A stretch of DNA of 63,458 nucleotides from the NCBI GenBank assembly GCA_026395215.1, contig JAPLZC010000012.1:1-63458 (forward strand). Direction: 5' to 3'. Both the position numbers and the translations under genes were made by a program. Of the stretch, positions 1-8,850 are shown one piece after another. The notes beneath the pieces are model-generated. The model saw only the letters and a program-made list of their open reading frames with translations. It did not search any database and was not told the DNA's origin. Numbering within the stretch: the first letter of the stretch is position 1; every line of letters starts with the position of its first letter. The stretch comes from Candidatus Staskawiczbacteria bacterium. Lineage in GTDB: Bacteria > Patescibacteriota > Minisyncoccia > Minisyncoccales > Staskawiczbacteraceae.

Positions 1-3000
1 GATAGTCTCATCACTAGTGAAAGACAAAGTAACCTGGTTACCAACTTTGGCTTTGGTTGTAACTGAGTTGTCAGAGACAATAGAGACAGAAGAAAGTGTC
101 GGCGCAGTCCCAATACCTCCACTTCCTGTTGGATATTTGACAATTACAACTCCCGAACCTCCATTACCACCCTCTGCTGAAGCTCCGCCACCACCTCCAC
201 CACCACCGCCAAGTCCATCTGTTCCATTTACACCTGGTACGCCTGTACCTGAACCACCGCCACCTCCACCACCAGCACCACCATCTCCATACCCACCATT
301 CCAATTTCCTCCTCCACCACCACCAGCATATACAACACTACTTCCACTAATTGTATAAGTTCCACCATCGCCCCCATTATGAGCACCTCCCTGAGCTCCA
401 AGGCCACCTCCATATGTTCCTCCTGAAACTTGAGCCCCTCCACTACTATTTCCACCATTGCCTCCTAAAGCAACAATTGAACCAAAAGAAGAATTACCCC
501 CAACACCTCCCCAACCACCCGTACCACCAGCACCGACTATAACATCTATACTTCCACTGGCAGAATAAGAAGCATCATAATTCAAACTGCCTGCGCCTCC
601 TCCACCAGAGTTACCTCCACCGCCACCTCCACCAGCAACAACCAAAGCAGTAACACTACAGCTTTTAGCTGGAGCAAAGGTTCCGGCTCCGGTGAATGTG
701 TGTACGGTATAACCACCGTCATATGGCGTATCTGGACGAGGATTTAAACCACTTGAGTCTGTATATGTAATTGTTCCACCTGTTGCAGAACAGCCACCGT
801 TTGTGCCTGAGTTTGGAGTGCCAACTATGTTGCCGATAGTGTCTTTGACATTGGCTTGGGTAACAGTAATATAGTTACCAGCAGTGGTAACACCGTCTCC
901 CATTGCCTCGCTAAAAGTGACATCAACAGTCAAACCTGTCTGCACTGTCACAGCCGTGACAGTTGGAGCGGTGACGTCTAAAATAAAGTTGCCCATGTTT
1001 GTCCAATCAGAGGTTACTGAGCCATCGTTATTTTGTGCACACCAATAATATGTACCGCTACTTCCAATTGAGTCAGACGGCGTCCATGTGGTGGCATAAT
1101 TAGTATTGGCATCAGGTGCAGAAACGGGATCAGAAGTTCCGCTTCCATTTGATGCAAGACTTGTTGGCGAAGCAAGAATACAATCATCGGCTGACAAAGT
1201 ATCAATTCTGTAATTTGTTGTAGCTCCAGTAGTTCCAGTATCTGGGTCTGAAAAGTTTGCAGACAAAGTTGGTGTGGTATCTGTGGTAACAGAAGCGTTA
1301 GCCGGCGAAACCAAAGTCGGCACATTTGGCGCAGCGTTTGCGCCCGGTGTCAAATACCTTACAATAACAATTCCAGAACCACCGTTTCCACCATTATAAG
1401 CACCACCAGCACCATTTCCTCCGCCTCCACCTCCTCCACCTAAACCATCTGTTCCATTATTTCCTACTGAACTTAGTTTTCCATCTCCACCGCCACCCGA
1501 ACCTCCTGTTCCGCCTGAACCTGATAAATAAATTCCTCCACCACCACCTCCTGCATAATAAACATCAGAGCCACTTATAGTATAATTTAATCCTGATCCA
1601 CCATTTCCACCTTTAGCAGTTTCTCCAATTGCACCTGCTGTTCCTGCACCACCTCCACCACCACCACCATAATTATCTGTATTAACACCATCTCCTCCGC
1701 TATTTCCTTGGTCTGTTGTTCCGCTAGAACCAAATTTACAATCAGGAGTACCTCCTCCAATACCCTTACCTCCACCACCAGAACCACCTGTTATTGCAGC
1801 ATATGTTACATTATTTCCACCACCTCCTCCACTTCCCCCAACTGCATCTAAAGTTCCAAATGAGGAATTGGTTCCATCTCCTCTTGTATCTTCCCCGGCC
1901 ACTCCTCCGGCACCAACGACAACATCTGTTGATCCACTTACAGCATAAGAACTATTGTAAATTAATCCGCCGGCACCTCCTCCACCACCTTCTAAAGAAC
2001 CTCCAGATCCTCCGCCAGCTACAACCAAAACCTTAACGGAAGTGACGCCGATTGGCGGAGTGAATGATGTAGTTCCAACTGTTGTGTATGTACAAACAGT
2101 ATATAGAGGATCGTCAGTTGCGGTGGTGCAAGCAGATTGCCCCTCCGACCCCGCCCCATTATTATAAAGTGTCAAAATATCATCCGCCGTCAAAGCCGTG
2201 TCATAAATACGGCCGTCGTCCATTGAACCCTTCCAGTGACCAGAAGACCAAGGGGATAAACCAATATATAATGGACTATCCCCATTTATAAGAGCAGAAA
2301 ATGAACCGGCAGAATTATCTGTAGTAGTGAGAAGATTTGTATTGTCATACATTTTAATTCCAGTACTAGAAGTGCTTCCATCCCAAGTTGCAACAACATG
2401 ATGCCAACCACCATCACAAGCTGCTACACCATTATTCCCTGTTAGTTGTCTTCGCCCAATATATGCATTATTAGTTTGATCATAAATAATTGTTTCAAAC
2501 ATATTATCCCCATCATTTAAGCAATCAAACGCAAAATAATATTCCCTATTAGTGTTATCAGATTTATATTTACCCATTATAACCGAATAACCATTGCCTG
2601 ACCCATCATCTGTATTTTTTACCCACGCAGACAAAGTAAAACCTGTTGCCGGTGTTAAGCTATCTGAATCTGGAACAGTTACATAATCACTCGTTCCGTT
2701 GAAGCTTAAGGCTTTGCCGATTTTGGCGGTGGCTAGAAGGTCTGTGTTTTGTTGAGCGGTTCCTGTGTGTCCACCAACGCTGTCTGCCACTGTTTTATTT
2801 GTTGAATCTTCATTCATCTTGTAATGAGCCGCGAGGCCTGTTCCCAAAGCCTCCACCTCACTTTCAGTTCCTGCCCCACTATTATATAGAGAAGCAATTA
2901 CACTTGTATCTGTTCCACCAGAAGTAATATCAGAATTATAAATACGAAAATCATCCATTGAACCCTTGAAATAAGTTGAATTAGGAGAAAAATCACCATG

Positions 3001-6000
3001 TTCTTCGTGTCCAATTATCCAACCCTTATTACTATCTAAAGGTGCTGGAAGTGAAGTTTCACCATACGTTGGACTTTGTGCAACACCATTGTAATATACA
3101 TGAGCCATTCCTGAATAATAAGCTACAGTCATGTGCGTCCAAGTATTTATAGAAGGAGGACTAAAATATACATAACCAAATGATCCACCATTACCCCTAT
3201 TTGTAGCAATCACAAGATAAGTGGGACCCATATATGCTTCTATATCGTCTACATTTCCAGATCCTCTTGTAAAAAGAGAATTATAATCTGACAAAAGGGT
3301 AGGATATACCCAAGTTGCCAAAGTAAAATTATTCGTGAAATCAAGAGCTTCATTTTGAGGTATTGAAACATAATCACTGGTGCCGTTGAAAGTTAGGGCA
3401 CTGGCGATTTTAGAGGTAGTTATAAGATTTGTATTTTGTTGGGCTGTGCCGGTATTTGAACCAATGCTATCTGTAACCGTAGCTGAAGAAGCGCTGTCAT
3501 CATTCATTGTGTAATGAGCCACCAGCCCACTCCCCAAATCCGTCGGAGTCAAATATCGAACAATCACAACTCCAGAACCACCATCTCCACCAGTAGATGA
3601 TGAACCATGATTTCCGCCACCCCCACCACCACCGCCAAGTCCATCTGTTCCATTTGTTCCATTTACTGAAGAATCATTTCCTCCATTTCCTCCGCCACCA
3701 TTTCCACCATTTCCAACCGAACCACTTCTACAACCTCCGCCACCACCACCTGCATAATAAACATCAGAACCACTTATAGTATAATTTAATCCTGCTCCAC
3801 CATTTCCTGCCTGACCTGCCGCACCATTCGCACCAATAGCTCCCGATCCACCACCGCCTCCCGCAAAATAATCTGAAGAGTATACTCCTGCTCCTCCCCC
3901 ATAACCCTGTGCACTTGTTCCACTTCCGCCCGCTCTTTCATATCCACCATTACCGCCTCCACCAGAACCACCATCTCCACCAGCAACATCACCCGAAGAC
4001 CCTCCTCCTCCACCAACAGCCACCAAACTTCCAAAAGAAGAATTTTCTCCATTATTTATTGTTGTACTATAGGTTGAGTTAGTTAACCCTGTTCCACCTG
4101 CTCCAACAACAACATCTGTTGCTCCACTTACAGCATAAGAACTATTGTAAATTAATCCACCCGCTCCTCCACCACCTGCTCCAGCACCTGCTGCTCCACC
4201 CCCTCCACCTCCAGCGACAACCAAAACCTTAACGGAAGTGACGCCGGTTGGCGGGGTGAATGATGTGGTTCCAACTGCTGTGTATGTACAAACAGTATAT
4301 AGAGGATCGTCTGGCGCGGTTGCACAAACCGGGTCTACAATGTAGTCAATTTCAATATTGCCGGAGAATAATAAGTCATAGACGGCGGAGTTAGTGTAAT
4401 TTGGATAAATCTTGTAAGTGTTTTCGCCGTTGATGGCGAATTCACCAATGATATCGTTACCATTTTCGTTAAAGACGGTAATGGTTCCTGTACCTTTGGC
4501 ATAGATGGTCATATCATTTCCGGCGGTTAGGTTGTGTTCAAAGGTTGCTCTTATATAGTGAGTGTCGGGGATGGTCACCCAAACATTGTCTTGGGTAACT
4601 GTTTGCTCATAAACATCATTAACAATTTCTTTGTTGGCATCTAACTCAAATGCTTTTGAAATAAAAATAATTTCAAAGGTTTGTTCAGACAAGTGTGGGA
4701 CTGTCCATTCTACGTAGTCCAGTTTGCCGTTACCGTTGGTGTCGTATGCGTGGAAGGCAACTTCTTTATTGTCTTCATTAGTCCACTTAATTTTGATTTT
4801 GTTTTCTTGGCCAACTTTGAATATTTCTGGGATTTTTGTAGAAGCCAAAACATCAACAATTGGAGCGTTTTCGTTTGAGGCGGTAATGCGGGCTGTGCCT
4901 TCGCCAACAGGAGTAACCAAACCTGTATTGTCTACTACGGCAACTGCGGTGTTGTTTGACGCCCAGTTGACTACTGTCTCCATTGGCTGATTGTTTTGGT
5001 CTAAAGTGTTAGCAACTAATTGCTGAGTGCTTCCGCCAGCAGTTAAATTGGCTGTTAACGGAGTAATATTTATTTTTGTGAGAACCGGTGAAATTATTGC
5101 CGAAGAAATATCAGCCGCTAAAAAATGGGTAAAAGAAGCAATAGCGCGCACAAAACCGGAGATAAGCGAAGCCGCCGCATCAATTGGAGATACTTCTTCA
5201 ACTGGCGCGGGAATTTCTATAGTTGGAGTTTCCTCCACCGGAACAGGTGTCTCTGCCGGAGTCTCTACTGGTGCTGGCGCGACTTCCGGTGCCGGCGTTT
5301 CTTCAGGTGTAGGTGTAACTTCTGGCGCCTCGGGTGTAACATCAGTCGGTGGGATGTCCGACGTCCCACCACTCTCTACCGGTGCCGATGTTTCAGCCGG
5401 TGCTGGCACAACCTCCCGCCCTTCGGGGGCGAGGCTCGCCCCTTCGGGGGCGGCTGGTGCTGTATATATAGAAGGAGAAACTGTAATAATTGCCGGGGCT
5501 GTGCTGGTGACTGCAGGTCCCGAGCCGGGTACTTCATCGGGAGCTGAAACAGTAACAATTTTTCCGGTGTCTGTTTCTTGCTCGGTAATAACTGGAGCAG
5601 GTGTTTCATAGGTAACTTGCACATATGTCTCTTCGACAACCGGAGTCTCTTCGACAACCGGAGTCTCTTCGACAACCGGAGTCTCTTCGACAACCGGAGT
5701 CTCTTCGACAACCGGAGTCTCTTCGACGACCTGTTCAATCAAACCTGCCTGCGCAGTCAGGTCTACAACGGTTTCATCGGGGGTTGACGCTACTATGTTT
5801 TCTACAGCGTCTCCAAGATCGGCAAGCAAAGAACCAAAACCGTCGCTAACGCTGGCAAGAAATGAATTATTCTTTTGTTTTGATGGGACAACTGCTTCGG
5901 CTAATTGCTGTCTTTGGTTAAAAGATAATTGTTCTGTTTTTTTTGTTTGCAAAACTTCCTTCGCCTGTTCTGCGGAAATTTTTATAATTTTAATGTTGCT

Positions 6001-6363
6001 GGCATTTTTGGGAAGCACCAGCAAACTTTTGCCGGACTTAATGTCACTAATTTTAACTAACTTTGTCCAGGCAACAGAATTTCCATTGGCAACTATGTTT
6101 GTGTTTTGTTTGGTAACTGCCGTGTTAATTACAGCCAACTGGTTTATTTTATTTTGCGGAATAAAAAATGAGGCAACAACAAAAAGCAAAACAAAAATAG
6201 CCAAACCCTGATATGCAAGAAATGGCTTAAACGAAAAAGAATATTTTGAGTTTGCAAAAATGGTTACTTCTTTTTTGGCTTGGTTGCGTAAAGTTATTCC
6301 CCAGCGTAAACGCAACATTTTATATCGCAGAACAATTTTTTGCCAATAAGCAAAATTAATCAT
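1..6363 (-). CDS. giant cell-surface protein, partial (C-terminus beyond window start): N-terminal TM anchor, P/E/T/A-rich linker, Big_2-like Ig domain, ~180-aa module shared with 12531..17327, three glycine-rich domains (VLVVAGGGGGG...GSGVVIVRY), two LamG/concanavalin-like domains, Ig/FN3-like region
   Basis: ATG at 6363-6361 with an in-frame stop upstream at 6385-6387. I hand-checked many 60-nt lines of the minus frame and found no stops down to position 1. It is absent from the ORF track because its stop is off-window. N-terminus reads MINFAYWQK...GLAIFVLLFVVASFFI (TM). LamG-type motifs present (FNGTSDYV, GSMDD.RIY). Clear paralogy to the 1598-aa ORF. Confidence 0.8.
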   Translation of the reverse strand, partial: MINFAYWQKIVLRYKMLRLRWGITLRNQAKKEVTIFANSKYSFSFKPFLAYQGLAIFVLLFVVASFFIPQNKINQLAVINTAVTKQNTNIVANGNSVAWTKLVKISDIKSGKSLLVLPKNASNIKIIKISAEQAKEVLQTKKTEQLSFNQRQQLAEAVVPSKQKNNSFLASVSDGFGSLLADLGDAVENIVASTPDETVVDLTAQAGLIEQVVEETPVVEETPVVEETPVVEETPVVEETPVVEETYVQVTYETPAPVITEQETDTGKIVTVSAPDEVPGSGPAVTSTAPAIITVSPSIYTAPAAPEGASLAPEGREVVPAPAETSAPVESGGTSDIPPTDVTPEAPEVTPTPEETPAPEVAPAPVETPAETPVPVEETPTIEIPAPVEEVSPIDAAASLISGFVRAIASFTHFLAADISSAIISPVLTKINITPLTANLTAGGSTQQLVANTLDQNNQPMETVVNWASNNTAVAVVDNTGLVTPVGEGTARITASNENAPIVDVLASTKIPEIFKVGQENKIKIKWTNEDNKEVAFHAYDTNGNGKLDYVEWTVPHLSEQTFEIIFISKAFELDANKEIVNDVYEQTVTQDNVWVTIPDTHYIRATFEHNLTAGNDMTIYAKGTGTITVFNENGNDIIGEFAINGENTYKIYPNYTNSAVYDLLFSGNIEIDYIVDPVCATAPDDPLYTVCTYTAVGTTSFTPPTGVTSVKVLVVAGGGGGGAAGAGAGGGGAGGLIYNSSYAVSGATDVVVGAGGTGLTNSTYSTTINNGENSSFGSLVAVGGGGGSSGDVAGGDGGSGGGGNGGYERAGGSGTSAQGYGGGAGVYSSDYFAGGGGGSGAIGANGAAGQAGNGGAGLNYTISGSDVYYAGGGGGGCRSGSVGNGGNGGGGNGGNDSSVNGTNGTDGLGGGGGGGGNHGSSSTGGDGGSGVVIVRYLTPTDLGSGLVAHYTMNDDSASSATVTDSIGSNTGTAQQNTNLITTSKIASALTFNGTSDYVSIPQNEALDFTNNFTLATWVYPTLLSDYNSLFTRGSGNVDDIEAYMGPTYLVIATNRGNGGSFGYVYFSPPSINTWTHMTVAYYSGMAHVYYNGVAQSPTYGETSLPAPLDSNKGWIIGHEEHGDFSPNSTYFKGSMDDFRIYNSDITSGGTDTSVIASLYNSGAGTESEVEALGTGLAAHYKMNEDSTNKTVADSVGGHTGTAQQNTDLLATAKIGKALSFNGTSDYVTVPDSDSLTPATGFTLSAWVKNTDDGSGNGYSVIMGKYKSDNTNREYYFAFDCLNDGDNMFETIIYDQTNNAYIGRRQLTGNNGVAACDGGWHHVVATWDGSTSSTGIKMYDNTNLLTTTDNSAGSFSALINGDSPLYIGLSPWSSGHWKGSMDDGRIYDTALTADDILTLYNNGAGSEGQSACTTATDDPLYTVCTYTTVGTTSFTPPIGVTSVKVLVVAGGGSGGSLEGGGGGAGGLIYNSSYAVSGSTDVVVGAGGVAGEDTRGDGTNSSFGTLDAVGGSGGGGGNNVTYAAITGGSGGGGKGIGGGTPDCKFGSSGTTDQGNSGGDGVNTDNYGGGGGGGAGTAGAIGETAKGGNGGSGLNYTISGSDVYYAGGGGGGIYLSGSGGTGGSGGGGDGKLSSVGNNGTDGLGGGGGGGGNGAGGAYNGGNGGSGIVIVRYLTPGANAAPNVPTLVSPANASVTTDTTPTLSANFSDPDTGTTGATTNYRIDTLSADDCILASPTSLASNGSGTSDPVSAPDANTNYATTWTPSDSIGSSGTYYWCAQNNDGSVTSDWTNMGNFILDVTAPTVTAVTVQTGLTVDVTFSEAMGDGVTTAGNYITVTQANVKDTIGNIVGTPNSGTNGGCSATGGTITYTDSSGLNPRPDTPYDGGYTVHTFTGAGTFAPAKSCSVTALVVAGGGGGGGNSGGGGAGSLNYDASYSASGSIDVIVGAGGTGGWGGVGGNSSFGSIVALGGNGGNSSGGAQVSGGTYGGGLGAQGGAHNGGDGGTYTISGSSVVYAGGGGGGNWNGGYGDGGAGGGGGGGSGTGVPGVNGTDGLGGGGGGGGGASAEGGNGGSGVVIVKYPTGSGGIGTAPTLSSVSIVSDNSVTTKAKVGNQVTLSFTSDETI
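5348..5370. repeat. 23-nt GC-rich palindrome, 'SDIPP' family, in frame in giant protein
   Basis: GGTGGGATGTC-C-GACGTCCCACC. The coding (minus) strand gives GGTSDIPP. Copies also at 17469 and 18174. Confidence 0.85.
5416..5453. repeat. 38-nt double-hairpin GC-rich element, 'ASLAPEGRE' family, in frame
   Basis: CCGCCCTTCGGGGGCGAGGCTCGCCCCTTCGGGGGCGG encodes APEGASLAPEGR. Homologous copies in rpsF and ssb. Confidence 0.8.
5627..5730. repeat. 18-nt perfect tandem repeat (5 full copies + 1 partial) encoding (EETPVV)n
   Basis: gtctcttcgacaaccgga repeated head to tail. Unit length is a multiple of 3. Confidence 0.95.
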
Positions 6364-6507
6364 TTTTAAAAAATTTAATATAAACTATTATTAAATTATA
6401 GCACCGCCAGAGAACATTGCAATAGTGAATAACTATTAATTACCGCGAACAAAAACTTCGCTAACTATTGTAGCAAATTTTTAAAAAATATGTTATAACT
6501 TCTGTAT

Positions 6508-6591
6508 GGAGGAGTCGCATAGTGGCTATTGCAACGCCCTGGAAAGGCGTGTCTCGAAAGGGACCCGTGAGTTCGAGTCTCACCTCCTCCG
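6508..6591 (+). tRNA. tRNA-Ser (anticodon GGA), class II with long variable arm
   Basis: Hand-folded: acceptor GGAGGAG/CTCCTCC, anticodon stem ACGCC/GGCGT with loop CTGGAAA, T arm GTGAG-TTCGAGT-CTCAC, discriminator G. No encoded CCA. Confidence 0.9.
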
Positions 6592-6603
6592 CTATTTCTA
6601 AAA

Positions 6604-7509
6604 TTAAATCTCCATTCCTCGCAATGCTTTTATGCGTTCTTCTATTGGAGGATGTGTCAAAAAAAGTTTTGTAAACCAACTAGCTTTTTGTTTACCTTTA
6701 TATGGCGAATCAATAAAAAGTGAAGCCGATGCGCTATTGGTAACTTTCATTGGTGTTGAATCTGAAGAAATTTTTTCCAGTGCGCTAACCAAACCTTCTG
6801 GGAATCTTGTTAATAGGGCGCCATCAGCATCTGCTAAAAATTCTCTTTTTCTAGAAATTGCCAGTTGCACCATTGTTGCGGCAATTGGAGCTAAAATGGC
6901 TGCCACAATTCCTAAAACCATTAAAATTGCTCCTGCTTTTCCATTGTCATCATTTGATCTTCTATTTCCACCAAAAAAACTAATTCTCATAAACATATTG
7001 GCTAACATTGCTATAACTCCAGCTAAAACCGCAACAACCGTTGCCAACAACATGTCTTTATTTCCAATGTGTGACAATTCGTGTGCCAAAACTCCCTGCA
7101 ATTCATTTTTGTCTAACCTATTTAAAAGCCCTTGTGTTACGGCCACAACTGCATGTTTTGAATCTCTTCCGGTTGCAAAAGCATTTGGTTGCATTTCTGG
7201 AATAATATATATTCTTGGCAAAGGCAAACCTGCCGTTATACAAAGATTTTCTACAACGTGGTAAAGTTCCGGATTTTTATTGTGCTCAATTGGAATTGCT
7301 TTATACATAGATAAAACAATTTTATCTGACCACCAATAACTTCCAAAAGACATACACACACTCAAAATAACTGCAAAATATAAAATTACGCTATCGTTTA
7401 GCACATAGCTGAAAAGCCAACCAATGGCAATAATAAATACCAAAAACCCAGTTAACAAAAACCAGGTTTTCCGCGTGTTAGAATCAGCTTGTGTATAAAT
7501 TGACGCCAT
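6604..7509 (-). CDS. htpX: zinc metalloprotease HtpX (M48 family)
   Basis: HELSHIGNKD (HExxH) motif, 4 TM segments, typical HtpX C-terminus. The track ORF runs to 7719, but that N-extension overlaps lemA and crosses a GC-rich structured spacer. The start at MASIYTQ (ATG 7509) is preferred. Confidence 0.85.
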   Translation of the reverse strand: MASIYTQADSNTRKTWFLLTGFLVFIIAIGWLFSYVLNDSVILYFAVILSVCMSFGSYWWSDKIVLSMYKAIPIEHNKNPELYHVVENLCITAGLPLPRIYIIPEMQPNAFATGRDSKHAVVAVTQGLLNRLDKNELQGVLAHELSHIGNKDMLLATVVAVLAGVIAMLANMFMRISFFGGNRRSNDDNGKAGAILMVLGIVAAILAPIAATMVQLAISRKREFLADADGALLTRFPEGLVSALEKISSDSTPMKVTNSASASLFIDSPYKGKQKASWFTKLFLTHPPIEERIKALRGMEI

Positions 7510-7633
7510 ATATATTAGAGCGAGGCGGTAAGTTTCCAGCGTATTTCTGAGACACGAAGTGCCAGACCTAGTGAGTTTTCCCCGCAACGCGGGGACAACG
7601 AACGTTAGCTGGAAATTTATTGCCGAGCGATGT
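7510..7633. other. GC-rich structured intergenic element between lemA and htpX
   Basis: Outer inverted repeat TTTCCAGC (7533-7540) / GCTGGAAA (7609-7616) encloses a strong hairpin CCCCGC-AAC-GCGGGG (7580-7594). Confidence 0.5.
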
Positions 7634-8188
7634 TTAGAACTTGACTGCGACGGGTTGTTTTTCGGCTTCGCTGGTTGTTTGGAATAAATCCATTTGGGCA
7701 AATCCAAATTGTTTTGCAACCATATTTACAGGAAAACTTTCTACCTTAATATTTAAGTCTCTGACATTTGTGTTGTAGAATCTGCGGGCTGCCTGAACTT
7801 TGTCTTCTGTATCTGTTAGCTCTCTTTGCAATTCCAAAAAGTTTGTAGAAGCTTTTAAATCTGGATAAGCTTCTGCAACGGCAAATAAACTTTTCAAAGT
7901 ATTTGATAACATATTTTCTGCCTGCTCTTTCTGAGCTGATCCTTCTGCATTCATTGCAGCTGCCCTTGCCTGTGTAACTTTTTCAAAAACTCCGCTCTCG
8001 TGAGCCGCGTATCCCTTTACAGTTTCCACTAAATTTGGAATTAAATCATATCTTCTTTTTGTTTGTACGTCTATGTCAGACAAAGCTTCTTTTGCCCTAT
8101 TTTTTAACACCACTAGACTGTTAAATGCCATTATCAGCCACAAAACTAACAAAACTACTACCAATAAAATAATATAAAATATTGACAT
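7634..8188 (-). CDS. lemA: LemA family membrane protein
   Basis: N-terminal TM, then LemA-type sequence (NSLVVLKNRAKEALSDIDVQTKRRYDLIPNLVETVKGYA...RRFYN). The start at MSIFYI (8188) abuts the upstream stop at 8190. Confidence 0.85.
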   Translation of the reverse strand: MSIFYIILLVVVLLVLWLIMAFNSLVVLKNRAKEALSDIDVQTKRRYDLIPNLVETVKGYAAHESGVFEKVTQARAAAMNAEGSAQKEQAENMLSNTLKSLFAVAEAYPDLKASTNFLELQRELTDTEDKVQAARRFYNTNVRDLNIKVESFPVNMVAKQFGFAQMDLFQTTSEAEKQPVAVKF

Positions 8189-8189
8189 G

Positions 8190-8720
8190 TTATTTTGGCA
8201 AACTATCAATCAAACCCTCAATGCGAGGATATTGAGTAATAAATTTGTAATTAAATAATTTTATTAACATTAAAAAGTCTCCTAACTCTGAACGAAATCC
8301 TTCCGGCCCTGAAAAAACTTCCCACAATTGTTTAATAGAATTTTTAGTATAATTATGCAAAACCTCATAATCAGATTTTTTCTTCAAATAGTTAATTATC
8401 TGTTTAAACTCTCCCCTGTCTAGCCAAATACCTCCGCACATTTTACAAAAATCAACTTTTGTCTTTGATCCACCATATTTAACTTCCGTCAGGCCTGCTC
8501 TATCAACAGGACAATGTTTATCTCCATGTGAAACTTTGAACTTTGTTTTATCTCTCCACAAATCAATATCTACCCAATTTAATTGTTTGTCTTTGTCATC
8601 TTTTGCCAAACGTAATTCATTTTTATCAAACCAAATACCCAAACACCTTGGGCAGTATTCAACTTCCATGTCATGAAACAAAATTTTCTCTAAATACTCT
8701 TTATCATTTGGACACTCCAT
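8190..8720 (-). CDS. double zinc-ribbon protein (TFIIB-type zf, PF13453-like)
   Basis: Two CPxC...C..CGGIW.D..E motifs (CPRCLGIWFDKNEL; CKMCGGIWLDRGEF). Start at MECPND is chosen because a terminator occupies 8802-8831. Confidence 0.6.
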   Translation of the reverse strand: MECPNDKEYLEKILFHDMEVEYCPRCLGIWFDKNELRLAKDDKDKQLNWVDIDLWRDKTKFKVSHGDKHCPVDRAGLTEVKYGGSKTKVDFCKMCGGIWLDRGEFKQIINYLKKKSDYEVLHNYTKNSIKQLWEVFSGPEGFRSELGDFLMLIKLFNYKFITQYPRIEGLIDSLPK

Positions 8721-8801
8721 TAATCTAATTTTACACAAATAAGCAAGTAAATACAAGTTTATATTCGCATGGGCACATTTGTAGCGTGCTTTTCGCATGC
8801 C

Positions 8802-8831
8802 AAAAAAAGAAGAGCCCGCAAGTGCAAGCTC
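8802..8831 (-). terminator. rho-independent terminator after uvrA-receiver operon
   Basis: Minus-strand RNA GAGCUUG-CACUUG-CGGGCUC (2 G:U pairs) followed by UUCUUUUUUU. Confidence 0.55.
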
Positions 8832-8850
8832 CCATAAAATTCGACGACCC

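Noticed and set aside
17-6211. Many 60-200-aa ORFs on both strands in the track (for example the Pro-rich 17..358 +, 5027..5611 +, 5376..5738 -, 5795..6211 +).
   Set aside because: They are shadow frames of the single giant minus-strand ORF 1..6363. Gly codons GGN read as CCN (Pro) on the other strand, and the tandem repeats read as RLRLSK/SLFDNR. The real ORF is missing from the track only because its stop is off-window.
6461-6679. A 72-aa minus-strand ORF.
   Set aside because: It overlaps tRNA-Ser(GGA) and the htpX 3' end and has no coding signal.
6632-7264. A 210-aa ORF antisense to htpX, and similar long antisense ORFs inside uvrA, rpoC, rpoB, ftsK, pilB and others.
   Set aside because: The opposite strand carries unmistakable conserved proteins. 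The antisense ORFs are low-complexity and lack motifs.
7575-7603. A CRISPR array, suggested by the repeat-like GAGTTTTCCCCGCAACGCGGGGACAACG.
   Set aside because: It is a single copy with no spacer-repeat periodicity and no cas genes in the window. I kept it only as a resemblance note.
7510-7719. The long N-terminal extension of htpX (track ORF 6604..7719).
   Set aside because: It overlaps the lemA 3' end and runs through a GC-rich structured spacer. The conserved HtpX sequence begins at the internal Met (7509).
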